A stretch of DNA of 63,851 bases, counting the filler, from Calcarisporiella thermophila CBS 279.70 (Eukaryota; Fungi; Calcarisporiellomycota), in NCBI RefSeq assembly GCF_041956535.1. It is 10 parts of 10 records of this genome, joined end to end, with 100 filler letters (N's around TTAATTAATTAA, not from the genome) between each part and the next. Parts side by side here need not be neighbours in the genome. Positions count along the whole stretch, not along the records: positions 1 to 4,884 come from NW_027192220.1; positions 4,985 to 9,023 come from NW_027192234.1; positions 9,124 to 18,397 come from NW_027192199.1; 7 more parts are not named here. One strand, 5' to 3'. Both the position numbers and the translations under genes were made by a program. The notes below the pieces were generated by a model. That model was given only the letters and a program-made list of their open reading frames with translations. It made no database searches and was not told the origin of the DNA. How positions within the stretch are numbered: position 1 is the stretch's first letter; each line of letters starts with the position of its first letter. This document shows, piece after piece, positions 1-10,920 of the stretch.

Positions 1-538
1 GCTAATATTACAAGTGCTATAGCCATTGTTTACTCATTTTACTTATATACGACGTGTTTGACTGATTCAAAATGTTGGAGGTAATTATCTTTCAAAAATG
101 TAGGTTTTGCATAATATGCAAAATTTCGTATATTATACAAAATATTCTGAATGCAAATTTTACTAACTCTGATTGGTTGGAAGAGTTATAAGTGAAGCAG
201 AGGTTTAACTAGTAATGTTGGAGCGAGCACGATTATGTACGAAAACGACGATGAAAGGGGCGAGAGATCTATGAGATTTGAATTGCGAATCGAACGAAAC
301 TACAGCACAGCCTACTCATTTTCCTTGTTCTCATCTAATTGAATGTCATTCATTATAATTGAATTCCGGATGAACTCAATGCTCTTTACCCTTGCTGCAG
401 TTGAAGTGGGATCCCTGTTTATGATTAGTATATATGCATAAAAGTATTTTATTCAACTACACGATGGCAGCATTGCCGTCTAACTACTTGACGGACTAGA
501 AGTAGCTATTACGTTTTTCTTTTAAAATTTTTGATTGT

Positions 539-690
539 GGGGGTGTTCACGCTTCCGCTTATTCGGATTATTTTGATCACAACTAAGCGAAATAGCGCAT
601 TGTGATTGGCTAATAATTTTTAGTAGCCAGTTAAAATGCAGAATTTTGCTTATTTTTAAGCAAAATAATTATGATAAATGATCACGAAAC
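539..690. mobile_element. MITE-like relic (Harbinger-type terminus), related to 23549-23621
   Basis: Begins GGGGTGTTCACGCTTCCG. Core TAGCCAGTTAAAATGCAG..TT.GCTTA.TTTTAAGC is shared with 23549-23586, whose end CGGTAGCGTGAACCACCCC is close to the reverse complement of this start. Confidence 0.5.
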
Positions 691-710
691 TTTAGAAGGT
701 ATTTTACAGT

Positions 711-3700
711 CTAGTTAGGATTCGATTTAAGCCAGTTGGTAACGTCTTGGGAGTCGCGGATGAACCAAGCGACACGCACGCGAGCACCATCCATGGCCTG
801 CTGCAAATAGCTAGAGTAACTGCCAGCATCAGGCTGCTGCTTGAAGAAGGACTCAGCATCGTTAAGAGCAGCTTGGGAGGCGAAATTACCTACGCTATTT
901 TCGATAATGCGGCCAAGCAAGTCGGGAGTGGTGCGGTAGCGATTGAAGAGCATCTCCCAATGCTTCTTGACGAAAGCCCAGAGGACAGGGCGGGCAGTGG
1001 GATTGTTTCCAAGAGCAGCAAATGGAATGTTGATGTCCTGGCTACGTACCTCATTGCTAAGGCTCAGTTTTAAGGTGCGCAGAATAAGCTCGGGCTGCTT
1101 GGTATAACCGAGGGCACGGAGGGCAAGCAGTTTCTGGTCGAGGAGGGTACTTTCGCGGTAGAGCTTCAATACGGCTTCGTACTCGGCAACTCCTCCAGTT
1201 GCAACTACAACTTCATACACAAATTGTCGCAGGTTGGGATTGAGCGCCGAGTCATTACCATGAACAAAGCGATAGAAGCGGGTCTTGGCCATATTCACCA
1301 CATAAGAGTCGTTGGCACGCGCAGCAGCCGCCAAGACCACCGAACGCCTTGATGCGGTAATATAATCCTCGCCCTCGGCGAAATCCCAGCCAACCTGTCT
1401 CGACAGATTTGTGAACAATTTACGTTGGATATTCAGCAAACCACTTCGAGCCTTCTGCGACTGTTCGGACCATGCGGCGAAGAATGAAGCCAGCCCTGTG
1501 GCTACCTCTCCAAGCATTATGGGGTTCTGTTCATTATGGTAGGCTTGCACAAGGTTTAGGTAATTACTGGTCCTATCGTATCCAGCCTCGGCAAGGTGCA
1601 CTGCATCGTTGATTAGGTTCAGCCGATCCGTATCTTTGAACACACTGCCCTTCTTGACGGCCTCAATCAGCTTATTGAGCAAGTCGGTGGAGTACTTAAC
1701 ACGATAAACGCCGTTGAACTCATGGTTGAGTTTGATGAGATTACCTTTGACTTCGAATGTGCCCTGAAGTTCAGTAAGCGTAAGGATATTGGGGGTAGCA
1801 TTCTCTCCCGCGTCGGGACTGTGTACAAAAAGCGGGACGGGCCAAATGGTGTTATCTTCCTCGGGCTTTGCGTCTCCGGATGCGATAAAGCGATTCTGTT
1901 TGACATGGATTTTACGGGGTTCGGGCTGGTCCACGGTGATCAAAGGGAATCCGACCGATTTAGTCCAAGGCGACATGAACTTGTTAACATCTGTGCCAGA
2001 GATCTCGCTGAGAGTGGCCCAGAGATCCTTAAAGACAGAGTGAAGAGGGGAAATTAATTATGAGCGAACTTTGAATCGTACAAAAAAATAATAGAAAATT
2101 CATCTTTTTTACAATCGACTATGCTTACCAGAGTCTTTGCACTTTTGAATTTGTACCTGCTAAGATAAGCGCTCACACCTTTGAGGAACACATCTTGAGT
2201 CAAATAAGAGTTGGCCATGCGGATCACACTAGAGCTCTTGCTGTAAGAAATGTCATCAAATAGCTGGTCGGCATCCGCAGCGTTGAGCACGTTAACCTCA
2301 ATGGAGTGAGAGGAGCGTAGTGCATCTAGCACGAGGCCACTCTCGACTTCATTTGCAACGAAATAGGTCCAAGAGTTCCATTTGGGATAGAGGGTGTCCA
2401 CGGCCAGAGCAGCAATCCACGTGGCGAACCCTTCGTTGAGCCAGAGATCTATATCCAAGGAGAGAGAAGACAAAGTCTAGTGGGTAACCTGCTTTCCAAG
2501 CTCCGAAAAAGTAGCCATCATTTACCATTCCACCAGTCCATGGTAACGAGGTTACCCGTCCACTGATGAGCCATTTCGTGGGCCACCAAGTTTGCCACGC
2601 CCAGCATCTGACTAACGCTCGAAGATTTTTCATCAAAATAAAGTTGTGAATCCCTGAAAATAACTAATCCCCAGTTCTCTGTGGCACCCCAAGCAAGGTC
2701 CGGTACCGCAAGCATATCCAGTTTGGGAAGAGGATACGGCTGGTTGAAGATTTTGGCGTAGTATTCTAAGACATTGGAGGCGACATTCAGCCCGAACCGT
2801 CCAAGCTCTTTATTACCGGGAGTAGTGTAGACACGGCAAAGCACCGGTTTCCCATTGTTATTTTTTCCGATAGTTTTGGCCTCGATATATTCGAATTCTC
2901 CAACGGCGAAAGCGACCAACTGCAGGACAGAGTGACATAAGGGAACAATAGCATAAATTAGTCGCAAAAGTGATCGCGTTGCCATTAGATAACACTATAC
3001 CTTACATATGTACTCATAGGTAGGGATTGGGCAAATCGCACACGTTTCAACTCGCCGTCAATGTTCGTCTCCTCTATTACATTCATATTGGAGAGCGCGA
3101 CTCTATCTCGAGGCACCACGAGAGTAATGTTAAAGGTCGCTTTCAAGTTAGGCTAGAATATATATAAGTTAAAATTATAAGTTAAAATTCTTAATAAGCA
3201 TTTGAACAGAATAGAGGAGTGGGGAGGGACCATGACCACATGCCTCGTCCCAGGAAGGGAAAGCCCGTCTAGCATTTGCGGACTCAAAATCTGTGCTTGC
3301 CATATAACGAGTCTCGTTTCCGACGGTATATTTGCTTCGGTAGAAACCATTGAGTCCTTCACTAATGTTACCGCTGAACCGAACTTTGAGAAGAGCGGTA
3401 GTGTTTACTTTCATTGATTCTGGAACCACGACGGTGATGCGTTCGCCCTCGGTGTCGTAGATTACGTTAGACTCGGGGATGGCGAGTTCCTTGTCTGGAA
3501 GACGCACACGGACGCTAAGAACCTTATGGCCGATGTCATTGAAGGTGATGTTAACCCCATCTTTCTTGACAATCAAGCTGGGAATATAAACAGAAGAGAA
3601 GGGAGGGGGGAGTTAGTCTTCGATGAAACCCACAAGCTCCAAATAGGCCAATACTAACTGAGTTGTGATATAGCCCATGTAAGTGAATGTGGCTAGATTC

Positions 3701-3837
3701 GGAGTGATAGTAAGATCATAATGGGTCGGTTTAACGTTTTGTGGAAGGATAACCCTTTCGGTGGAAGCTGCGGGCGTGTTCTGGGCAACGACCGAGAGGA
3801 CACCGAGGACTAGAATGAAAGCCAACTTGGCAAGCAT
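711..3837 (-). CDS. Secreted M1 zinc aminopeptidase (Ape2/puromycin-sensitive type), multi-exon
   Basis: Signal peptide MLAKLAFILVLGVLSVVAQ; LPQNVKPTHYDL, ARRAFPSWDE, GATEN (GAMEN variant), HEMAHQW-WLNEGFA, ISYSKS, ERAP1_C-like tail. Confidence 0.93.
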
Positions 3838-4884
3838 CTCAATGCTGTTGTTTGAAGCGATCGAAGGGGGAGGGGAGAGGGCGAAAACTCGGGATTGAAA
3901 GAGTAGAAGCAAACTCAAGATGTCATTCACGCTTCGTGTAATGGTCGCGATTCCATTCACAAGAACAAAAGTTTCATTATAACAGTGGAAATACCAGTTA
4001 ATTATTTACAATGAAAAATCACATTATACGGAATTAACCATTTAATAACCTGGACTAAATAAAACAGGGGTCAGAATAATATCCAGAAGAGCTGCCATAT
4101 TGTTTCACCGAAGGTTTTCTGCCTTGCATCTCCGCGTCGCGCTGCATTACGATCCCGAAAGGGCTCGGGATCCAATTGCGACGTATGGTGGCCAAAGTGA
4201 ACGCAGAAGTTTCTTGAAACGGCCGCCAATACCTCGCAAACGCTTTTGAAAAAAAGCCACATTTCCGAGAATATTTCGAGACCACGCGAACTTAATTCCA
4301 AGTTCTCCTCACTAAGTTAACGACACCCTGCGGGGAGAAGGGTGCCGAAACCTCGTATGTTGACATGATACGATTCTCCGGCATCACGCAAGGTACCTCC
4401 GCACTTCCCTTTTCAGGAGGGGATACATGATGTGGGTGGGCATCTTCGTATCATCCAATTATATGCAGAGTCGATTTTCGGCACTTATTGCCCGTAAGAG
4501 CGTCGACAATATTCTGATCAACTATTTGAATATCTCAAAGTATGTAGAACTACTATTGATTCACTGTGTATGCTCAAAGAATATAGAGAGTCGATGAGGT
4601 GAAGATTTTAATTTAGAGCAAAAATTGCAAAATCCTCGATGAAAGGAGCAAAAGAACACTACTCAAGCGCTGCATAGCTCCTTGCTCTCGGCCTGGCCAA
4701 TAGATATCTACAAATATGGACTGGTAGAATGCTCGAAAGGCCTAGCGTTACGAGATATGCCAATGGTTCTTTTCTTTGCTGGCGGCAATCAGCTACAAGT
4801 GGAGACACCAGCAGAACGCTGGAAATTCTGCATGTGCTCACGGATGGATTCTCCGAAAATGAAATGGATATCAGTAATATCGGC

Positions 4885-4984
4885 NNNNNNNNNNNNNNNN
4901 NNNNNNNNNNNNNNNNNNNNNNNNNNNNTTAATTAATTAANNNNNNNNNNNNNNNNNNNNNNNNNNNNNNNNNNNNNNNNNNNN
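4885..4984. other. Artificial contig linker N44-TTAATTAATTAA-N44; same linker at 9024-9123, 18398-18497, 45005-45104, 51528-51627, 53839-53938, 57223-57322, 60487-60586, 61626-61725
   Basis: Identical 100-bp spacer with stops in all six frames; genes are cut at it and do not continue on the other side. Confidence 0.97.
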
Positions 4985-6042
4985 GGAGGTCGCCTTGTCT
5001 GACCCCTCTTGTGATTGGGAATGGAATTGTGAGCGTTCCACTTATAGACACCGAAGCTAGGTATCCATTGTGTAAGCGCCGGGTGAAGGATCGGAATTTT
5101 GGACCGAAGTTGAATCTTTCCAGATATTGTTGCATCCATTGCCAGCTTACTCGGTCGTAGGCTTTCGCTTGGTCAAGAAACAGGAGTGTCCCCTTGCACT
5201 GCTCTTTCGCTGCGTACTCTATTGTCTGGTGTATAGTCAGGGCGTTCTCCTGTGCCTGACGTCCCGGGAGAAAGCCACATTGGTCTGGATGGATGATCGA
5301 CGCGATAACACGCTGTATCCTCCACGCGAGTATTCTCGTTAGGAGTTTAATGTCCACATTGAGGAGAGAGATCGGTTGCCAATTGCTTAGTAGTTCGGCA
5401 TCCACTTTTCTTTTATAGATTAGGACATTCGTTGCTTTCTTCGAGAAGTTTATAGGGCTGCCCATCGTGAGTGCCTCATTGAAGAGCAGCTGAATCGTGG
5501 GGGCAAGCTCATCTTCAAAGGCTCGGTAGAATTCCGCCGTAATTCCGTCCGGGCCGGGCGATTTGTTCTTTGGAGCCAGCCGAATGGCTCTCCTCACCAC
5601 TTCTTCGCTGATAGGCTCTTCCAGTTTTTTGCGGGCTTCAGTAGATGAAGTTTTGTCTACATGATTGAGGAGGATGTTTTGGTCGGTTGTACTTGTGGGG
5701 TCCCCAGCATAGAGCTCCGTGTAGAAATGGGTGGCCATTCTGGCTATTTCGCTAGGTTCTTCTGTGTGGGTTCCATCCGCACTTTTCAGCGAGGTTATCG
5801 CGTTGACTGCTCTCCTTCCTGCAATGCGGCGGTGGAAGTATGCTGTAGATTTCTCGCCCTGGTCGGTCCAATTCAGGCGAGACCGAATGCGCAGTGCTTC
5901 AGTTCTTCTATCGACATGTGCAGCAAGTTAGTTGCGGAGCCTCTCCAATTGGCCATGCGACTCTCTAGTCCATGGGCCGTCTTGGTAGCCCTGTTAAGCT
6001 GTGTTTCCTCCGTTCTATACCGGCGTTGTCTTTGCGCAGCGT
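4985..6042 (-). mobile_element. L1/Tx1-clade LINE ORF2 fragment (linker plus RT), degenerate, cut by contig end
   Basis: RSRLNWTDQGEKSTAYFH linker, KSPGPDG, WQPISLLNVDIKLL, HPDQCGF, LDQAKAYDRV, GVRQGD; stop/frameshift upstream. Confidence 0.93.
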
Positions 6043-6050
6043 AGGTCCCG

Positions 6051-6624
6051 TTTTTTTTTTGATCAATCAACGGAGACTTTTATTAGTTTCCGTAGCTTAC
6101 AATAGTTTAATGATTACAATGAAATAAGAAAAGGGGGGAATAAAGGGTAAATTAGATGTATATAGTGATCGGGTATTTGGTGAAAGGCATGAAGTAAAGA
6201 GGAGGAGAGGAGGGAAAGAGCGGATTGGGAGAGAGGAAGGGTTGCTTCGTCACTCCAGTTTTAGTCTTGCTCTATCCGAACTTTCTATTACCACTCCCTG
6301 ACTGCACCACCTTCTTCGGAATAACTCTATCTCTCGTCTTTTTCGTGCCTTTATCAGTTCAGCTCCGATAGCCTCCTCGATGTCCATTTTGGCACGGAGG
6401 ATGATTGTCTCGGGTGGTGCTCGACTGCATTCGAAATGGTAGGCGATTCGGTCCCGATGGATTTGCCATAGCACCGAATCGAAGACGATTTGAGCCGCGT
6501 GTCTTACTGTCCTCGGGGCTTCTGGTAGGTCGCCAAGTACGAGGTTCCTGGGGCTCAGCACCTCCTGAGTGTTTAGGGGGCCTGATATGGTGTTGATACA
6601 CCTTTCCGTCCAATGCCACACTGA
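6051..6624 (-). mobile_element. 5'-truncated LINE copy: ORF2 C-terminus, 3' UTR and poly(A)
   Basis: ORF 6250-6621 (LWQIHRDRIAYHF, L1-type C-terminus); ends TTGATTGATC-A10; flanked by AGGTCCCG at 6043-6050 and 6625-6632. Confidence 0.85.
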
Positions 6625-6685
6625 AGGTCCCGTTTTTTTTTTGATCCCTCATTGATTATATCCACCATGGCACATAACACGACGC

Positions 6686-7209
6686 TGTTACGTAGAATAT
6701 AAGATAGTATATAGAATAAGGATAAGATATTCGTAATCTCAGAAGTTTATCAATGTTTCTCTTTAATGTAATTCTTCTCTTATTTTAGTTATACTCAGTT
6801 TTAGTTAGAAACACTATATAAGTCTTAGTGTTTCTTTTGTAATAAGAAAATACAGGATTCAAGTTCTTTATTTTTCTATATTTTTGGTCTACTTCCCACT
6901 ATCTTAAGTGCGTGTTCTGCATCAAGGACTGCAGAAGACTTAAGATAGTAATCGGATTAGCGGGATACGTTTTTTTTTATCAATCAACGGAGACTTTTAT
7001 TAGTTTCCGTAGCTTACAAGAGTTTAATGATTACAATGAAATAAGAAAGGGGGGAATAAAGGGTAAATTAGATGTATATAGTGATCGGGTATTTAGTGAA
7101 AGGTATGAAGTAAAGAGGAGGGGACGAGGGGAGGAGGGAAAGAGCGGAGGATAAGCGGGATACGTACATTATCTCAACACCTCCCAAACTTCCACACAAC
7201 AACGCAACA
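6686..7209. mobile_element. Probable solo LTR carrying a nested LINE 3' fragment
   Basis: TGTT...AACA ends, TATA-like TATATAA near 6815, internal hairpins (6898-6949). No clean 5-bp TSD; right end could be 7179. Confidence 0.45.
6970..7153 (-). mobile_element. 5'-truncated LINE 3' UTR copy with TSD
   Basis: Near-identical to 6051-6225; T-run at 6970-6978; TSD AGCGGGATACGT at 6959-6970 and 7154-7165. Confidence 0.9.
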
Positions 7210-7215
7210 TTTCTC

Positions 7216-8093
7216 TGTTAGAATCTGCGTAGTACATGCGAGGATAGTTAAGATAATTACTGGTTTATTCAACAAGAATACTATCTGGAACTTAGGGTGT
7301 CTCCCTTTACTCTAGTGGGAGTTCTGTTCAATATATACTAAAAGAATTACATTACAACGATTACTTAATAATGCTCCGATAATGCTCCGAAATAGCAGGG
7401 CTTGAGGGATTACGTGGCTTGGCTTGGTTGTCCTACTGCAAATGTCTCGATACGATTCCAACATCTTTCGTGTGCTCAAGATAGTTTAAGGAGATATTTG
7501 AAAAGAGATTGAAAATATAAAGAAACTAATAATACTCTTGTTACTTCTTGCTCTTACATCAACTAAGATCTAAAGACTATTTATACACTTAAATTACGTA
7601 AAGTAAGTCACAGAAAATATAATCTGAAGGCTGAACCAAAGTCTCGCTACGGAATATTAAATAGTAACAAACTATTGTCCGTGAAACCGCTTTTTTTTTT
7701 TTTGATCAATCAATGGAAACTTTTATTTAATTTCCATATATTACATGAAGTTAATGTCAATGGACTCAACATAACAAGATATAGGTCCTTGGTAGATAGG
7801 CGTTCAATCGATATGCGTGTATCGTAGTTGTCGTGTATAGCATGTACTTGAAACCGATGTAATCTTTTGTACTTATCGTAGGAGGGATCCTTTCAAAAAT
7901 GTAGACTCAATTTCTGATCAAGTGGACAGCAGTCACAAACTAAGAGTAAGTGCTGGTGGGGGAAGTGGGATTTGAACCCACGCCGTTCTCATCGGCATAC
8001 CAGGGATAGTCCACTACACTAACCCTCCCCCGTCCGTGAAACCGCTACTATTCGCCTATTTATCCTAGCTTACAGCATATACCTTCTCTAACA
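7216..8093. mobile_element. Probable solo LTR (about 520 bp without the nested SINE) ending 18 bp upstream of tRNA-Pro
   Basis: TGTTAGA...TCTAACA inverted termini; TATAAATAG on minus strand near 7576; internal segment 7467-7533 repeated at 8954-9022. Confidence 0.55.
7691..8031 (-). mobile_element. Full-length tRNA-derived SINE
   Basis: Head GGGGGAGGGTTAGTGTAGTGG...GGTTCAAATCCCACTTCCCCCACCA (A box, B box, CCA), about 250 bp body, TTGATTGATC-A13 tail; 14-bp TSD GTCCGTGAAACCGC at 7677-7690 and 8032-8045. Confidence 0.95.
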
Positions 8094-8111
8094 CACGACA
8101 CATCTCATATC

Positions 8112-8183
8112 GGCTCAATGGTCTAGTAGTATGATTCTCCGTTTGGGTCGGAGAGGTCCCGGGTTCAAATCCCGGTTGAGCCC
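8112..8183 (+). tRNA. tRNA-Pro(TGG)
   Basis: GGCTCAA/TTGAGCC acceptor, CTCCG-TTTGGGT-CGGAG anticodon arm, CCGGG-TTCAAAT-CCCGG T arm, downstream T-run. Confidence 0.95.
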
Positions 8184-8583
8184 TAATTTATTACTAATAT
8201 TCTTTTTTTAATAATTATTTGAATATCAGTGAATTTGTTAAGAAATTTTTATTTCAACTTTTATAAATCGAAAAACTAATGGAATAATCGGAGAAATAAT
8301 TCTCGTTGCTATTTGTGTTTGAATTTTTCAAATAGAGCAGCTGAATAAAATATTTAATTGCATACGTCTACAAATATCCTGACAACAGTTTTAATACATT
8401 CTGGGAGATATGTGCTAGATGAATATCTGCATTCTTTAGAGGAAAATATAATTATTGAAATTCAAAATAATAAAAATCAAGTTTGGTATACGCTAATGAT
8501 ATTGATAAGAAACGTATAATACAGAAAACAAGAACTTCAATATCTATTTTACGATTTTCTTATATCAGCTGTGTGTCAGTTTA

Positions 8584-8730
8584 CAAGTAGGGAAAAATGT
8601 GACAGCGTGTTTTAACAATTTTCCTTTGAATGCTCATATCTCCTGAATGGATGGAATATTATACAAGCGGCTTTATTAAACACTGTAAAGGAAAATTGTT
8701 AAAACACGCTGTCGCATTTTTCCCTACTTA
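8584..8730. mobile_element. MITE with about 43-bp TIRs and TA flanks (Tc1/mariner type)
   Basis: AAGTAGGGAAAAATGTGACAGCGTGTTTTAACAATTTTCCTTT (8585-8627) inverted at 8687-8729 with one mismatch; TA at 8582-8583 and 8731-8732. Confidence 0.85.
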
Positions 8731-8870
8731 TATAGCATTCCTAGTGTTAATTTGTTAGAATATTGCAAATATCTCCAAGATTGTGCCATATTTAGAGACT
8801 TTTTTTATTGAAAAATAGGAATAAAAATAATGGGTCATAATAATGTAATTGTAAAAATGATAACTACTTT

Positions 8871-8942
8871 GGGCTCAACCGGGAATTGAACCCGGGACCT
8901 CTCCGACCCGAACGGAGAATCATACTACTAGACCATTGAGCC
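8871..8942 (-). tRNA. tRNA-Pro(CGG)
   Basis: Same body as 8112-8183 with anticodon loop TTCGGGT and T loop TTCAATT. Confidence 0.95.
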
Positions 8943-9162
8943 AATTTTAAAGTTTTCGTGTGCTCAAGATAGTTTAAGGAGATATTTGAAAAGAGATTGA
9001 AAATATAAAGAAACTAATAATATNNNNNNNNNNNNNNNNNNNNNNNNNNNNNNNNNNNNNNNNNNNNTTAATTAATTAANNNNNNNNNNNNNNNNNNNNN
9101 NNNNNNNNNNNNNNNNNNNNNNNCGTTTTTTCTACTTCTTTTTTGCTCCTCGCACTCGTCCG

Positions 9163-10660
9163 ATGCCTCCAGACGATCCCCCTAACTGCGACGCATCGTT
9201 TGATACCCGTTTGGCCAGTGTACGTCAAGTTTTCGACGAGTTGGATCGCGATGACGAGATTGCGGGCTCAGATGAGCGCGAGCACACTGATGCCAGCACT
9301 GACCCAAACGAGGAGATAGACCGCGTCCCAGAAACCCCTCCCCCCAGGTCCCCATATGTCCTCCCCTCGAGCGATTTGGGCGCACCCATCCCTTGCAGCC
9401 AGCGCCGCAACCTCATCAGTGATGATGACCGCCCCGTGGCGCAGCAACGCGAAACGCGACCCATCCTCGACGACTCACAGAGGCGCAGCTGCCAATCCAT
9501 GTCATCGTCTCCAAGGCGAGAGCCACGGCCAGCGTCCACTGCCCGGCTCCAGGCTGCGAATACTGGGGCTTTGTGCCGAGGACAATCACTCGCCACTACC
9601 AGCAGACCCATGGAGGCCTCTAGACTTCCAATGGACCTGCTCGGAGCCCGGTTGCGATCAAGTATCCAGCAGCCAACAGAAGATATGGGATCACGAACAG
9701 GAGCAACACAACCTGCCCTGCTTCGGAACGCCTCCTCTCCACCCATCCGACGTCCCTACAGGAACAAGGATCTTGGACTACCGCGTCCCGACCAACGCAT
9801 CCCGCTTCCCATGCCCCTTTACAGACCAATGCTCGCACTCGTCAGCAAGATGCGACGTGCTGACAAAACACGTGGAGACCATTCATAACGTCACCATCCG
9901 CCCTGTATGGCTCTGTCCTAGACCATACTGCCCATACGAGACCACAGAGAAGCGGATTGTGACGAAGCACGTAAAATATGAGTGCCGAGCCAAGGACACG
10001 GGAAGCAACTCAATCGTCGATCCGCCCCCTGCTCAGCCCGATACATGCCCAGGATGTCGCCTCGAAACAGGATCCTCCATCGAGCTGCGCAAACACATGC
10101 GCATACACCCTGGCCTCACTGACGACCTAGAGAGCGGAAGGCTATTCGGCCCACTCTCTGAGCAGGACCAGATGCTGGTGGAGCAAGCGATTGGCGACAT
10201 TGGTTATGAGATAGTAGACGTGGTCCACTACCTACGACTCCACCGAACGTGGAGAAGCCCAGCAAGGATCCAGGAGGCTGTACGGAAGGTAGCCAGTCGC
10301 CCACTGAACCAAAGGTTCCCTCACATGAAGGAGCCACAAAATGATACGACCAGATCCATTACGGAGGTTAACTTTTCATTCTGGCCCATCGTTCACGGAA
10401 CCAGAAGAACAGAGCGGAATTACCCCAACCTCCCAGAGGAACAGTGCGACAACCCTAGCCCCGACGACGAAGAAACCACAGAGACACCCGACCCCAGGCG
10501 ATGGCAAGTATCCAAAACAGTGCTAATCGCCAAGAATCCCAATGGCGACCTTGATGACCTTCCAATTCGGCGCCCGATCAGCCTCCAACCCGCAGTAGCC
10601 AAAATATACTCAAGTGTACTAGACAGCATCCTGAGACAGGTGGTGAATAAAGAGGAGCTC
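9163..10660 (+). mobile_element. Truncated R2-superclade (NeSL/Utopia-like) non-LTR retrotransposon: four zinc fingers joined to the start of RT
   Basis: CSEPGC..H..H, CPFTDQC..H..H, CPRPYC..H..C, CPGC..H..H, then WQVSKTVLIAK..RRPISLQPAVAKIYS; probable frameshift between ORFs starting 9163 and 9356; ends abruptly in AT-rich DNA. Confidence 0.7.
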
Positions 10661-10920
10661 CTTTTATATTATAAAAAAAATTGTTTGAAATATCTCAATG
10701 TGTGATATAAATTTTTTGTATTCATTTTTATTCACAATATTAAATACTGTTTATATCCGAAATTCATTATTAGTGAACTTTGAACAATTTTTCCTATTTT
10801 TAGCAATTGACAAGGTATAGTGCGTAAAACATTAAGATTACATACCATTATATTGGAGATGTATGTACAAAATATGGAGATATAATAATGTTCCAAAAAA
10901 AAAAATTATATGCAAATTGC

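Noticed and set aside
4595-4884. Partial gene at contig end
   Set aside because: Short frames with no recognisable family; same for 63440-63851 and 53939-54068.
4885-4984. Recurrent TTAATTAATTAA motif and ORFs running through Ns
   Set aside because: Assembly linker, not biology; ORFs such as 4682-4936 are artefacts of it, and 22586-23293 merely spans an N gap.
7954-8031. Functional tRNA gene with CCA
   Set aside because: D and anticodon arms are non-canonical and it continues into a body with poly(A) and TSD; it is a SINE head.
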